Shown here piece by piece: positions 49,871-58,299 of a stretch of 64,000 bases of DNA (its first letter is position 1; every line of letters begins with the position of its first letter). The stretch covers positions 3,710-67,709 of the forward strand of contig JAUILP010000007.1 of assembly GCA_030432875.1 (NCBI GenBank). The letters are read 5' to 3'. This DNA is from Oligoflexia bacterium (GTDB lineage Bacteria; Bdellovibrionota_B; Oligoflexia; Oligoflexales; JAGOVF01). A program made the position numbers and the translations under genes. The notes below the pieces were generated by a model. That model made no database searches, was not told where the DNA came from, and saw only the letters and a program-made list of their open reading frames with translations.

Positions 49871-50285
49871 TTTATCCCCCTTTGAGCAAAGTTAAACATC
49901 TATTGTAAGTTATTTCGCAGCAAATTTAAGCGTATTTATCAAAAATTGCTTAATCTTACATCCGTATTTCCCAAATTGTAGTTTTTTGTCTAGCGAAAGG
50001 CCATGAAATTTAATATAGATGCAGTTGATAGGAAAAAAGTTATTTTCCACCTTAGAGAGCAAAATAATTTTAGCAACATATAGTCTTCAATTCATTTTAG
50101 GGGTGTTGAAGCCGATGTTTTTTTTACTTCCTAATTAAAGCAAAGCGCATAGGAAGCATTGAAGATTTTTTTTTAGACCTCACTGCGAATGGTGAGAAAG
50201 ATTTATCAGGCTAACCGTCAGTTTAATGTTAAATAGGGGCATAGCACGGTACCGTTTACTTTAGAGGTATGGAAGGATTTAAAGC

Positions 50286-50852
50286 ATGATCAAAGCGCTT
50301 TCGCTGGTGACAATTAGGGGATTTTTTTTAGTTTTGGGACTCACCGCTTGCGGACAGTCCGCCCAACCTAAAGAAAACGTAACGCCAAGCGACGCTGTGC
50401 ACCCAAATGCCGAAAATGTTATTCTCAGAAGTTCGAGCGCCATCGCTTGTCCCAAAAGTGCTCAGGCACTACACTGTGATATGAGTCATATCGTATTTGA
50501 CCGCATCAATGAACTTCGCAAAAATGAAAATATTGAGTTTCTTATTTGGGATTTTGCCTTAGCTGACCAGGCCTACAAAAGGGCCTGTGAACTAGGTGAG
50601 ATTGGCGTGCTGAGTCATGAAGGTTGGCAGCAGCGCATATTAGCCGCTGGATATACCCCTGGAGGCGAAAATATCGTTATGGTAAATCGTCCGGAGTCTG
50701 AAGCTACTGCAGAACGCATGTTTATTTTGTGGAAAGAAAGCGCTCCGCACAGAGCCAATATGATCTCCCCGGTATTTAACCGCATTGGTGTCGGTGTATG
50801 CCGAGGTAGCAAAGGCCTTTTTGGCGTGCAATTATTTTCCCCAGATTTATAA
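50286..50852 (+). CDS. CAP (SCP) domain lipoprotein
   Basis: Lipobox LTAC; INELR, LSH, GENI, W..S..HRANM, IGVG. Confidence 0.9.
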   Translation: MIKALSLVTIRGFFLVLGLTACGQSAQPKENVTPSDAVHPNAENVILRSSSAIACPKSAQALHCDMSHIVFDRINELRKNENIEFLIWDFALADQAYKRACELGEIGVLSHEGWQQRILAAGYTPGGENIVMVNRPESEATAERMFILWKESAPHRANMISPVFNRIGVGVCRGSKGLFGVQLFSPDL

Positions 50853-51075
50853 CTATCTAATATTTAAGTGTTAGTATAAAAAATCCAGGCCAATTTACTT
50901 GGCCAAATAGTCAAATCACTTGACCTTCCCGAATGAATGACTAAGCTATAGTCTTAGTTTTTAACTCGGTGTGAGACTATCTCTCTTATCGTAGTAAATT
51001 CTGACCTAGGGACGATATCTATTGATAAAGAGTAATCTCAAAGGTCTGTAACTAACCTTTTTTTTGGAGACGACA

Positions 51076-52113
51076 ATGAAACTCAACGTTTTAAGGGCTG
51101 GTGCTATTATTGCAGCGCTAACCGCAAGCATGGCATTTGCAGAGACCGATGGCACGGGTGTTTCCGCAACAGCAACGGCACCTGTACACCAAACATTTAA
51201 CAATCACCTTCACTCAAAAGTGATGATTTCTCCTGCTCAGTTGTACCAAGTTCCAGCGGGCAAAACTGACGTATCTTTGGACTTTATTACAGGTGACGCA
51301 GAATTAAAAACTACAGCGGATAAGGCAACAGATACTGTGACTGGAACAGCACTTAACATCACTGGTATTTACACAACACCTAATTTGCCAATAAAAGCAG
51401 GATTAGATTTTAAATACCTGTCTGGTACAAATGAAACTAAAACTACATTGGGTACAGAAAAAAATGATAAATCGACAATGACGATTGCTCCTACGGTAAT
51501 TTATTCTGCCATGGATATGGTCCATGTTGCTGCACGTTACGTGATCATCAACAATACCGTAGAGTCGGATGCTACTGGAGCAAAGACTCTTAAAAGTGAT
51601 TATGGTATTTTTAATCCTGCCGTTGTTGTTGCCCAGCAAGGCTGGGAAGCTGGTTTAAACTTCACTAATGCTGTTAATGAAAAAGGTGAAGGAGAGACAG
51701 ATCTTGATGTACAAGTTCCCGCTACTATAACTGTTCATGGTCGTTACGCTGTTATGCCTGAGCTTGCTCTGGGCGCTGCCATTGAGCAAAAAAGCTGGAG
51801 CAATATTGATACAGAGGCAGAGCCTCTTAAAAACCAAACCATGTTCTCTGCTAGCGCAGAATGGGATATGGATGCTCTTAAAATCGAAGGCGGCTTGGAT
51901 TGGGCTGGAGCATATTTTGATACTGACGCAACACGTAACACAGACAATATCGCTACTATGGGCCTAAATGTAGCGGCTGATTATATGGTAACTCCTGCAG
52001 CAAGCGTTGGTGCAGGCATTGACTATAACTGGGGTGAAGACAAAAACGACACAACAGGTGATATCACTGTTAGTGACCTTGGCATTCAAGTCCGTGGTAA
52101 TTTCGCATTCTAA
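51076..52113 (+). CDS. Porin-like outer membrane beta-barrel protein
   Basis: Signal peptide (AFA), amphipathic strands, C-terminal GNFAF; tandem terminators follow. Confidence 0.8.
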   Translation: MKLNVLRAGAIIAALTASMAFAETDGTGVSATATAPVHQTFNNHLHSKVMISPAQLYQVPAGKTDVSLDFITGDAELKTTADKATDTVTGTALNITGIYTTPNLPIKAGLDFKYLSGTNETKTTLGTEKNDKSTMTIAPTVIYSAMDMVHVAARYVIINNTVESDATGAKTLKSDYGIFNPAVVVAQQGWEAGLNFTNAVNEKGEGETDLDVQVPATITVHGRYAVMPELALGAAIEQKSWSNIDTEAEPLKNQTMFSASAEWDMDALKIEGGLDWAGAYFDTDATRNTDNIATMGLNVAADYMVTPAASVGAGIDYNWGEDKNDTTGDITVSDLGIQVRGNFAF

Positions 52114-52150
52114 TTTCTTGGGTACCTCTTAGAGGGGTATCACTTGGAAT

Positions 52151-52225
52151 AAAAATCCCCAGCAGTTATTTGCTTGCTGGGGATAAAAAAAGCCTCCAAA
52201 ATTTGTGTTTTGGAGGCTTTTTTTT
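52151..52225 (+). terminator. Tandem hairpins; the second is a bidirectional terminator
   Basis: ATCCCCAGCA...TGCTGGGGAT and AAAAAAAGCCTCCAAAA...TTTTGGAGGCTTTTTTT. Confidence 0.8.
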
Positions 52226-52278
52226 GTAAGAAAATTTTTGGGGGCGGAAACATGAGCCCCGCGTGAAAAACTTAACGC

Positions 52279-52815
52279 TTATTTTCTATTTTCTAATATC
52301 TTATTCCACTCAGCAAGTTGATCCGCCATTGGGGCAAGAAAGGTCTCAATTTCTTCTACGATTTCTACTTTGGTTATTTCATCCTCCTGCTCAATAGCAT
52401 TGACCACTTTTAAATCATCTTCGCCGAGAATCTCACCAAAAACCGTATGTTTTCCGTCTAACCAGGGGGTAGCAGTATGGGTAATGAAAAACTGGCTTCC
52501 ATTAGTTCCAGGACCGGCATTAGCCATCGAGAGGATGCCGGGTTTATCGTGCTTAAGATCGCTGCGGCATTCGTCTTTAAAACGGTAGCCAGGACCGCCC
52601 CTGCCAGATCGTTCAGGGCAACCCCCTTGGATCATAAATGGTGGGTTCTTAATAACGCGGTGGAAATTTAGGCCATCATAAAAGCCGCGCTTCGCTAAAT
52701 TTAAAAAATTAGCCACGGTAGTGGGCGTTTTCTCTGCAAATAACTTCAAATTGATGGTGCCTTTGGGCGTTTGCATTTTTACGTGGATCGTATCAGACAT
52801 TGGGGTGGTCTCCAT
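52279..52815 (-). CDS. Cyclophilin-type peptidyl-prolyl isomerase
   Basis: [38 protein letters not shown]. Confidence 0.96.
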   Translation of the reverse strand: METTPMSDTIHVKMQTPKGTINLKLFAEKTPTTVANFLNLAKRGFYDGLNFHRVIKNPPFMIQGGCPERSGRGGPGYRFKDECRSDLKHDKPGILSMANAGPGTNGSQFFITHTATPWLDGKHTVFGEILGEDDLKVVNAIEQEDEITKVEIVEEIETFLAPMADQLAEWNKILENRK

Positions 52816-53009
52816 AGCACATGGGTTAATATAAAAGCGCTTGGTAAAAATATCACCAAACTATGATTGCCTAAGGTCAAAGACTCTCACACAGCCTTGC
52901 CGTCGGGCCTTCATTTTTACCACCGATTGAAATTTAATTCAAGAAAGCAAAAAAAGGTAGAAAACCACAAAATTTAATTAATTTTAGGCTTTTTTTGTGG
53001 AAGGGAGCT

Positions 53010-53723
53010 TCAAATAAAAGTTCGCCAGTAAATCAAAGCATCAAAGGGGCGCGCAGAAATCGCTTCTACACTCGTAGGAAAAGAGACAATACCCGCATAT
53101 AGCTGTAAACCAAGGTAGCCAACCTTGGTCATTTCAAAGCCACTATCGAGGCCAAAGGCTACATCTATAGTAGAACCTTTTAGCAGTGGCGCTCCGGGCT
53201 CTATAGGTACAGCCGTATACATATAGTATCCCGTGCGCATGCCTAGAGCTAAATAATGTCCATTCGTCACGGTTGTTTTTGCGATGCCAAAGTCCCTTTT
53301 ATAAAGTCGTCCCCCACCCAGGACATGATAGAGCAACCCAATTTCACCGCCCTTTCGGGTAGCTTGGCGCGTAACAGCATCAATAACGAGTTGCGGTGAG
53401 GCAAAAGAACTCCAGCGTTTTGAATAATCGCGATAAAACTGAACCCCAAGGACTAAACCGCCGATATTTGATATTTTGTTTTTGATGTCGGTGATGACCG
53501 TGAGATTGCCTCCAGTCACGAAGGCAATATCATAATCAACATCAGGATTTGCGATATCATTGCTGATAAGCGCTTCTTTGTTAGGATTATTTGCGGGACT
53601 TTTATTTTGGGCTGATAAAGAGCTAGCGAAACTCAAAAAACTGCAAAGGGCAAAAAAACAAATGGCGACCTGATAGGATTTTTTAGCCAATATGCATTTA
53701 AAACGTTTAAGATAATGCATCAT
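53010..53723 (-). CDS. Putative small outer-membrane beta-barrel protein
   Basis: Signal peptide, about 8 alternating strands, aromatic C-terminal strand (IYWRTFI); overlaps the upstream stop. Confidence 0.6.
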   Translation of the reverse strand: MMHYLKRFKCILAKKSYQVAICFFALCSFLSFASSLSAQNKSPANNPNKEALISNDIANPDVDYDIAFVTGGNLTVITDIKNKISNIGGLVLGVQFYRDYSKRWSSFASPQLVIDAVTRQATRKGGEIGLLYHVLGGGRLYKRDFGIAKTTVTNGHYLALGMRTGYYMYTAVPIEPGAPLLKGSTIDVAFGLDSGFEMTKVGYLGLQLYAGIVSFPTSVEAISARPFDALIYWRTFI

Positions 53724-54379
53724 TGGCTCAGCCTAATGAGTTTTTCCAGATCTGCATCCGTTGGGTCGAGGGTTTTTGCTATATTAAAAGCGCTGCTCGC
53801 TGCGGCTCTGTTGCCCTCGCTTAAAAAAGATAGCCCAGTAATGATATGTGGTGCCGCAATATTTGGCATAGCTTTACTGAGTTGCGAAGATAAATCACGA
53901 GCTTCTTGCCAACGAGATTGGGCTAAGGCTTGATAAGCGTTTAGGATCAGCCGAAAGTTTTTGTTCTGTTCAATACTACGATCTTCACCTTGTTTTTTAG
54001 CATCCTGATTTTTTTTCTCATCCTCTTTATCTTTTTCTTCATCCGTTTTATCTTTGTCATCATTCTTTTCACCAGATTCAATTTTTTTTAGCTTGATATT
54101 TGCTTGGGTATTTTCGCCTAGCAGGTCGGTTATAATCCAGTTTTGGGTTTCCATGTTTTCTCCCCAAACCTTGATATACCCCTGATTAATGGTGTCAACG
54201 GTTACTGTTACCGGAGCTTGACCGACCAAACTTCCTTCCCCACTGGCATCGGCAAAAGGGACAATGCTGACATTTGCCGGTTCATTAGAAAAAAAAGTGA
54301 TTTTTTTAACAGAACAGCTACAGGTTAAAATTACGAGAAGATAGGCTCCTAAAAATAGTATCTGACTCATATAACTCAA
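53720..54379 (-). CDS. Lipoprotein with a PEGA-like domain and C-terminal TPR
   Basis: Lipobox TCSC; ITFFSN.PANV...LVGQAPVTV; charged linker; TPR AYQAL...MPN.AAPHI..GL...A...F..A..LDP. Confidence 0.75.
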   Translation of the reverse strand: MSYMSQILFLGAYLLVILTCSCSVKKITFFSNEPANVSIVPFADASGEGSLVGQAPVTVTVDTINQGYIKVWGENMETQNWIITDLLGENTQANIKLKKIESGEKNDDKDKTDEEKDKEDEKKNQDAKKQGEDRSIEQNKNFRLILNAYQALAQSRWQEARDLSSQLSKAMPNIAAPHIITGLSFLSEGNRAAASSAFNIAKTLDPTDADLEKLIRLSQ

Positions 54380-54485
54380 TTTTTGTTAAAATTTTAGGTT
54401 TTTCCATTTCTAGCTTCTATTATATCTTTTTTTTTCTTCCGAAAAAGCTTTTATGTGAATCAGAGGGAACCAAAAAAAGAAGTAA

Positions 54486-56504
54486 ATGACTGAAAAATTT
54501 ACACATTTTAATCGAGTATTTAGCCGATATGCTTGGGCATGTTTGCTTATATTTATCATTTTGACAAATCCTCAAGAGTCTTTTTCTCAGGGCGAAAAAC
54601 CTGCTAGCGATGACCAAACGCTCCTTTTGGCATCTAAATTAACCGAATTTTATGAAATTAAAGTTGAAGAAATCGTGTCGCGTCATATTCCAAAAAAACA
54701 TTTTCAGGTTATCGTTGATATAACGGCAAAAGAAAAAAATGAAGAAGAGATTCCGTACCTCCCAAAAGCTTTTGGGGTTGGCGGATTAAGTAACCTCCCA
54801 CCACAACTGCTTTCCAAGAGCGTTGCTAAAATTACTATCGTTGTTTATTTGGCAGAAAAATATTCGGAAACAACGAAAACTGGCATAACCAACCTCGTTA
54901 AAAGTAAACTCAGTCTAAATTTGGAACGAGGCGATAGTATTAATTTTGAAATGTTTGCCATCGAAAATATTAGTGACAATGAAGAATATGAATCAAAGAT
55001 ACGTGATGTCAAAAGTGATCTTGCTGTAGCCGAGGACAGAGTTTCTAGCATAACTGGTGAGCGTAACGAACTAAAGCAAGAGCTGTCCACTGCAAAGGAA
55101 AAATTAAAAAGCATTGAGGAAGAAACAGGAAAATCCCCAGAAGCTCTTATCCAAAAATTTAAAATTCCATTTTTTGTGGTGATGGGCACTCTTATCCTTG
55201 GTCTTTTGCTCGTTTTTACCCTGTCTATGAAAATACTTTCTGGATCTATCAAATCAGTCGGTGGTGCCTTTGGTGGCATCGGTGACTCTATTCGCAATAT
55301 TGCCTCAGCACTAGAAAAAGTTGGCGGTAGGAAGCCTGAAGAAAAAGAATCTTCTCAAAATGATGCTGCGGGAAAACAAGTAGCCGGAGCCTCTGGAGGG
55401 GGTGGTGATCAAGGCAAAAATACACAGACTTCGATGGATATGAAAACTTTACAAGATAGGGTTTTGCAGCTCCATGAAGAAATCGTCGCAAAAATAAATG
55501 AAAAAACCTTGCCCTTAGTCGTTCTCCATGTGAGCACCTTGCTCAACAATCCAGTTAGTATTGCAAAAGGCGTCGTAAGTTTAGAAATACTTGGAAAAGA
55601 TATGGCAAATGATATTTTTAAGAGACTGTCTTACTATTCTCAAGAAATTATCATACGTTTCCTGAATCAAGCCAATTATGGTGATAAAACCAAGCTTGAA
55701 GTTATGATGGAAGCGGGCGAAGAACTCAATACAAAGCTTATGGCTGGAGGGTTTGAATCATCCCGCGTAAATCTTTCTTATGAAGTGTCTGAAAAACTTC
55801 TTCTACTTGAGGAAAAAGATCTTTTTACCGTTGTTCAAAAATGTGATGACGATGTGCTTCAACGCTTATTTGTTTACTTTGATGCCGCAAAAATTTCGCG
55901 ACTTCTTGCGGAACTAAAAAAGCAAAATATCAACAACCTAGAGAGATATATTTCAGCTCTCCTAAATGTTCCTCATAAGCAAAATGATAAAACATTGGAC
56001 GGGGCAATTGTAGAAATCCTGACCGAACTTTTTGTAGAAAAAGCACGCGATCTCTATGGTCCCTACCTTGAGGTCTACCGAGATGTTATCGAAAATGCAG
56101 GTGAAGAGCTTGACGAGCAAATTATTAATGTTCTCTCTCGTGGAAACGAGCGAATTCGGGACTATTTGGCAACTAGGGTCGTCACCTTTCAAACATTCTT
56201 TAAAATACCGCCTAAGAATCTTTCAACGATAGTTGATGGCCTAAGCAACAGAGAAATTGCTGCGCTTGCTTCTGGAATAGCACCGGAACAGCGAACCCAA
56301 ATATTGGGTCAGGTCTCTGAACGGCGTCGTCCGTTAATTGACGAAGAAATCGAAGGTATTGAAGCTATGGAAGAAACTACCCGTAGCGAAGAAGTTCGCA
56401 AAGTCAAACAGCGCATCGTGAGTATAATGAAAGTTGAAATCACCCCCGAAGTTCTTAAAAGTATCGCGGCAGAAAATGCCAGTTCTTCCCCTCAGGCTGC
56501 TTGA
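54486..56504 (+). CDS. FliF-like ring domain / TM / FliG-like C-terminal domain fusion protein
   Basis: KITIVVYL...ITNLVKSKLSLNLERGDSINF (FliF-like), coiled coil, one TM, C-terminal VVTFQTF...ILGQVSERRRPLIDEEI...VKQRIV (FliG_C-like). Confidence 0.75.
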   Translation: MTEKFTHFNRVFSRYAWACLLIFIILTNPQESFSQGEKPASDDQTLLLASKLTEFYEIKVEEIVSRHIPKKHFQVIVDITAKEKNEEEIPYLPKAFGVGGLSNLPPQLLSKSVAKITIVVYLAEKYSETTKTGITNLVKSKLSLNLERGDSINFEMFAIENISDNEEYESKIRDVKSDLAVAEDRVSSITGERNELKQELSTAKEKLKSIEEETGKSPEALIQKFKIPFFVVMGTLILGLLLVFTLSMKILSGSIKSVGGAFGGIGDSIRNIASALEKVGGRKPEEKESSQNDAAGKQVAGASGGGGDQGKNTQTSMDMKTLQDRVLQLHEEIVAKINEKTLPLVVLHVSTLLNNPVSIAKGVVSLEILGKDMANDIFKRLSYYSQEIIIRFLNQANYGDKTKLEVMMEAGEELNTKLMAGGFESSRVNLSYEVSEKLLLLEEKDLFTVVQKCDDDVLQRLFVYFDAAKISRLLAELKKQNINNLERYISALLNVPHKQNDKTLDGAIVEILTELFVEKARDLYGPYLEVYRDVIENAGEELDEQIINVLSRGNERIRDYLATRVVTFQTFFKIPPKNLSTIVDGLSNREIAALASGIAPEQRTQILGQVSERRRPLIDEEIEGIEAMEETTRSEEVRKVKQRIVSIMKVEITPEVLKSIAAENASSSPQAA

Positions 56505-56576
56505 GGTAGGTGACTAAAAATCAGGTCATATCTTCATCGGTTTATATGTTTGCCAATACTTCTCCCTAACCCAAAG

Positions 56577-56603
56577 TTAAGACCCCAACAGCAGTACCGA
56601 TAA
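56577..56603 (+). promoter_or_regulatory. Sigma28-like promoter upstream of motA
   Basis: TTAAG-N14-ACCGATAA, 50 bp before the ATG. Confidence 0.5.
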
Positions 56604-56653
56604 AAAGATGATATAAAAGGGGAATTTTTAAACACCTTAGGCTTAGATTACTC

Positions 56654-57442
56654 ATGAATTTTACCACAGCGCTCGGATTTATTACTGCATCAGCCGTTTT
56701 TATGGCCACCGCAATAATGTCTCTTAAAGATCTTAAGGTGCTTCTTGATGCTCATGCTGCCGTTATTGTTATCGGCGGCACAATTGCGGTTACGCTGATC
56801 AGTTTCCCCGCGTCGCGTATTTTCACTCTGCTGAAAGTATTTTTTAAGCGTATGTTCGGAGCGAATAAGCAGAATTATTTGGGTATCATCGATGAAATTA
56901 TCACACTCTCTAAGGCTTACCGCAAAGGTTTTAGTGCCTTTGAGGCAGCAATCAAGGAGATAAAACACCCATTTTTGCGCGACGGAGCTAGTGTACTTTT
57001 TTGGGTTCAGTCAGACGTAAGTCCAGATGCTCTTCGGGATCTCCTGGAAACACGGGTTAAAACACATTACAAACTCTATATGGATGAAGCGAAAGTATTT
57101 AAAACCCTCTCTAAATTTCCTCCAGCTCTAGGGCTTATGGGGACTTCGGTGGGTATGATCACTTTGCTGCAGTCTCTAGGCGGCGCGGATAGCCAAAACC
57201 AGGTTGGGCCCGCTATGGCTATTGCTCTGGTGGCAACTTTATACGGTCTGGTCTTTGCTAACTTCATTTTTATCCCTATTGGAGAAAATCTCACCGCGCA
57301 AACCCAAGAAGACCTAATTGCCCGAAGTATCGTGGTCGAGGGAATTATGCTTATTCAAGCCCAAATGCCAACAAAATTTATCGAAGAAAAGGTGAAGTCA
57401 TATTTACTGCCGAGTCAAAGGGAAGTAAAAGCAAAAAAATAG
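56654..57442 (+). CDS. motA: MotA/PomA-family stator A subunit
   Basis: IVIGGT, YRKGFSAFE, HPFLRDG, PALGLMGT, GPAMAIALVATLYG...ANFIFIP. Confidence 0.92.
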   Translation: MNFTTALGFITASAVFMATAIMSLKDLKVLLDAHAAVIVIGGTIAVTLISFPASRIFTLLKVFFKRMFGANKQNYLGIIDEIITLSKAYRKGFSAFEAAIKEIKHPFLRDGASVLFWVQSDVSPDALRDLLETRVKTHYKLYMDEAKVFKTLSKFPPALGLMGTSVGMITLLQSLGGADSQNQVGPAMAIALVATLYGLVFANFIFIPIGENLTAQTQEDLIARSIVVEGIMLIQAQMPTKFIEEKVKSYLLPSQREVKAKK

Positions 57443-57453
57443 GTAACTAAGCA

Positions 57454-58299
57454 ATGAGTTCTCCCTGGGAAGATCACCATGAAGAAGAAGAAGGCGAAGG
57501 CTGGCTAGTATCATATGCCGATATGGTCACGCTGCTGTTCGGATTTTTTGTTATTTTATGGACCCTTTCCCGCTCTGATGATAAACGCTACGAACAAATG
57601 AGCCAGAAAATTGTTGAAGCCTTTACCGGAAAATCCCACCATAAGTCATCTGAAATTGATTCTGGTTTTGTCAGCGAATTTAGGCAGCTACGCGCATTTC
57701 GCCTTCTTGTTGAACGCATAAGCCTCGGAGAAGATGTCGATGCTGCTACAAGGAAAATTGAAAAATTTGTCAACCAAGAAACTGAAGCTGAAAATGCTAA
57801 AAAATTTTTGGACAAACGGCTTACCAGCGCGGATCAGGAGGAAGTTAATATCATCAAGAAATTCGACGAAAATGCTGGAGCAGAAATCCCATTTATAGAA
57901 ATCATTTTACCTGACCGAACCTTATTTGCTCCAGGAAGTGATGAGTTGATGCAATTTTCCCAAAAAAAAGTCATTGCTTTAGCAGCCGATATAAAAAAAA
58001 TTCCTAATCTTTTGGGCATTGAAATCGTCGGCCACAGCGATAGCACCCCACCAGGTACAGGCGGTAAATTTAGGGATAATTTTGCCTTATCCTCTGCGCG
58101 AGCGGGTTCTGTCGCGCGGGCCCTCATATCAGGCGGAATTGATGAAAATTTACTCTATATCCGTGGCGTGGCGCACTTAGATCCCCTTATGGATGAAAAT
58201 AATCCGAGTCCCGGCTTGCGGGAAAAAGCTCGAGAAAAAAACAGACGCGTACAAATAATTTTACGGCGGAAAGCACAGATAAATGGCAAAGGTGAATAA
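57454..58299 (+). CDS. motB: MotB-family stator B subunit with an OmpA-like domain
   Basis: WLVSYADMVTLLFGFF (ion-binding Asp), GHSD, NFALSSARA, NRRV. Confidence 0.92.
   Translation: MSSPWEDHHEEEEGEGWLVSYADMVTLLFGFFVILWTLSRSDDKRYEQMSQKIVEAFTGKSHHKSSEIDSGFVSEFRQLRAFRLLVERISLGEDVDAATRKIEKFVNQETEAENAKKFLDKRLTSADQEEVNIIKKFDENAGAEIPFIEIILPDRTLFAPGSDELMQFSQKKVIALAADIKKIPNLLGIEIVGHSDSTPPGTGGKFRDNFALSSARAGSVARALISGGIDENLLYIRGVAHLDPLMDENNPSPGLREKAREKNRRVQIILRRKAQINGKGE

Noticed and set aside
50920-50990. Sigma70 promoter and structured 5' leader of the porin gene
   Set aside because: TTGACC-N16-TAAGCT and a weak ATAGTCT/AGACTAT stem are plausible but not distinguishable from chance.
54419-54445. Sigma28 promoter for the rotor fusion gene
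   Set aside because: A TCCGAAAA -10-like box is present, but there is no acceptable -35 at the right spacing.
54486-58299. Ordinary flagellar operon
   Set aside because: No other flagellar structural, switch or export genes are in the window and the rotor-like gene is a truncated fusion. A flagellar role for motAB itself cannot be excluded.
56654-58299. Zorya (ZorAB) defence system or ExbBD/TolQR
   Set aside because: The A subunit is 262 aa with MotA/PomA motifs and no long ZorA tail, the B subunit has the MotB YAD and OmpA-like domain, and no zorC/D/E genes are present.
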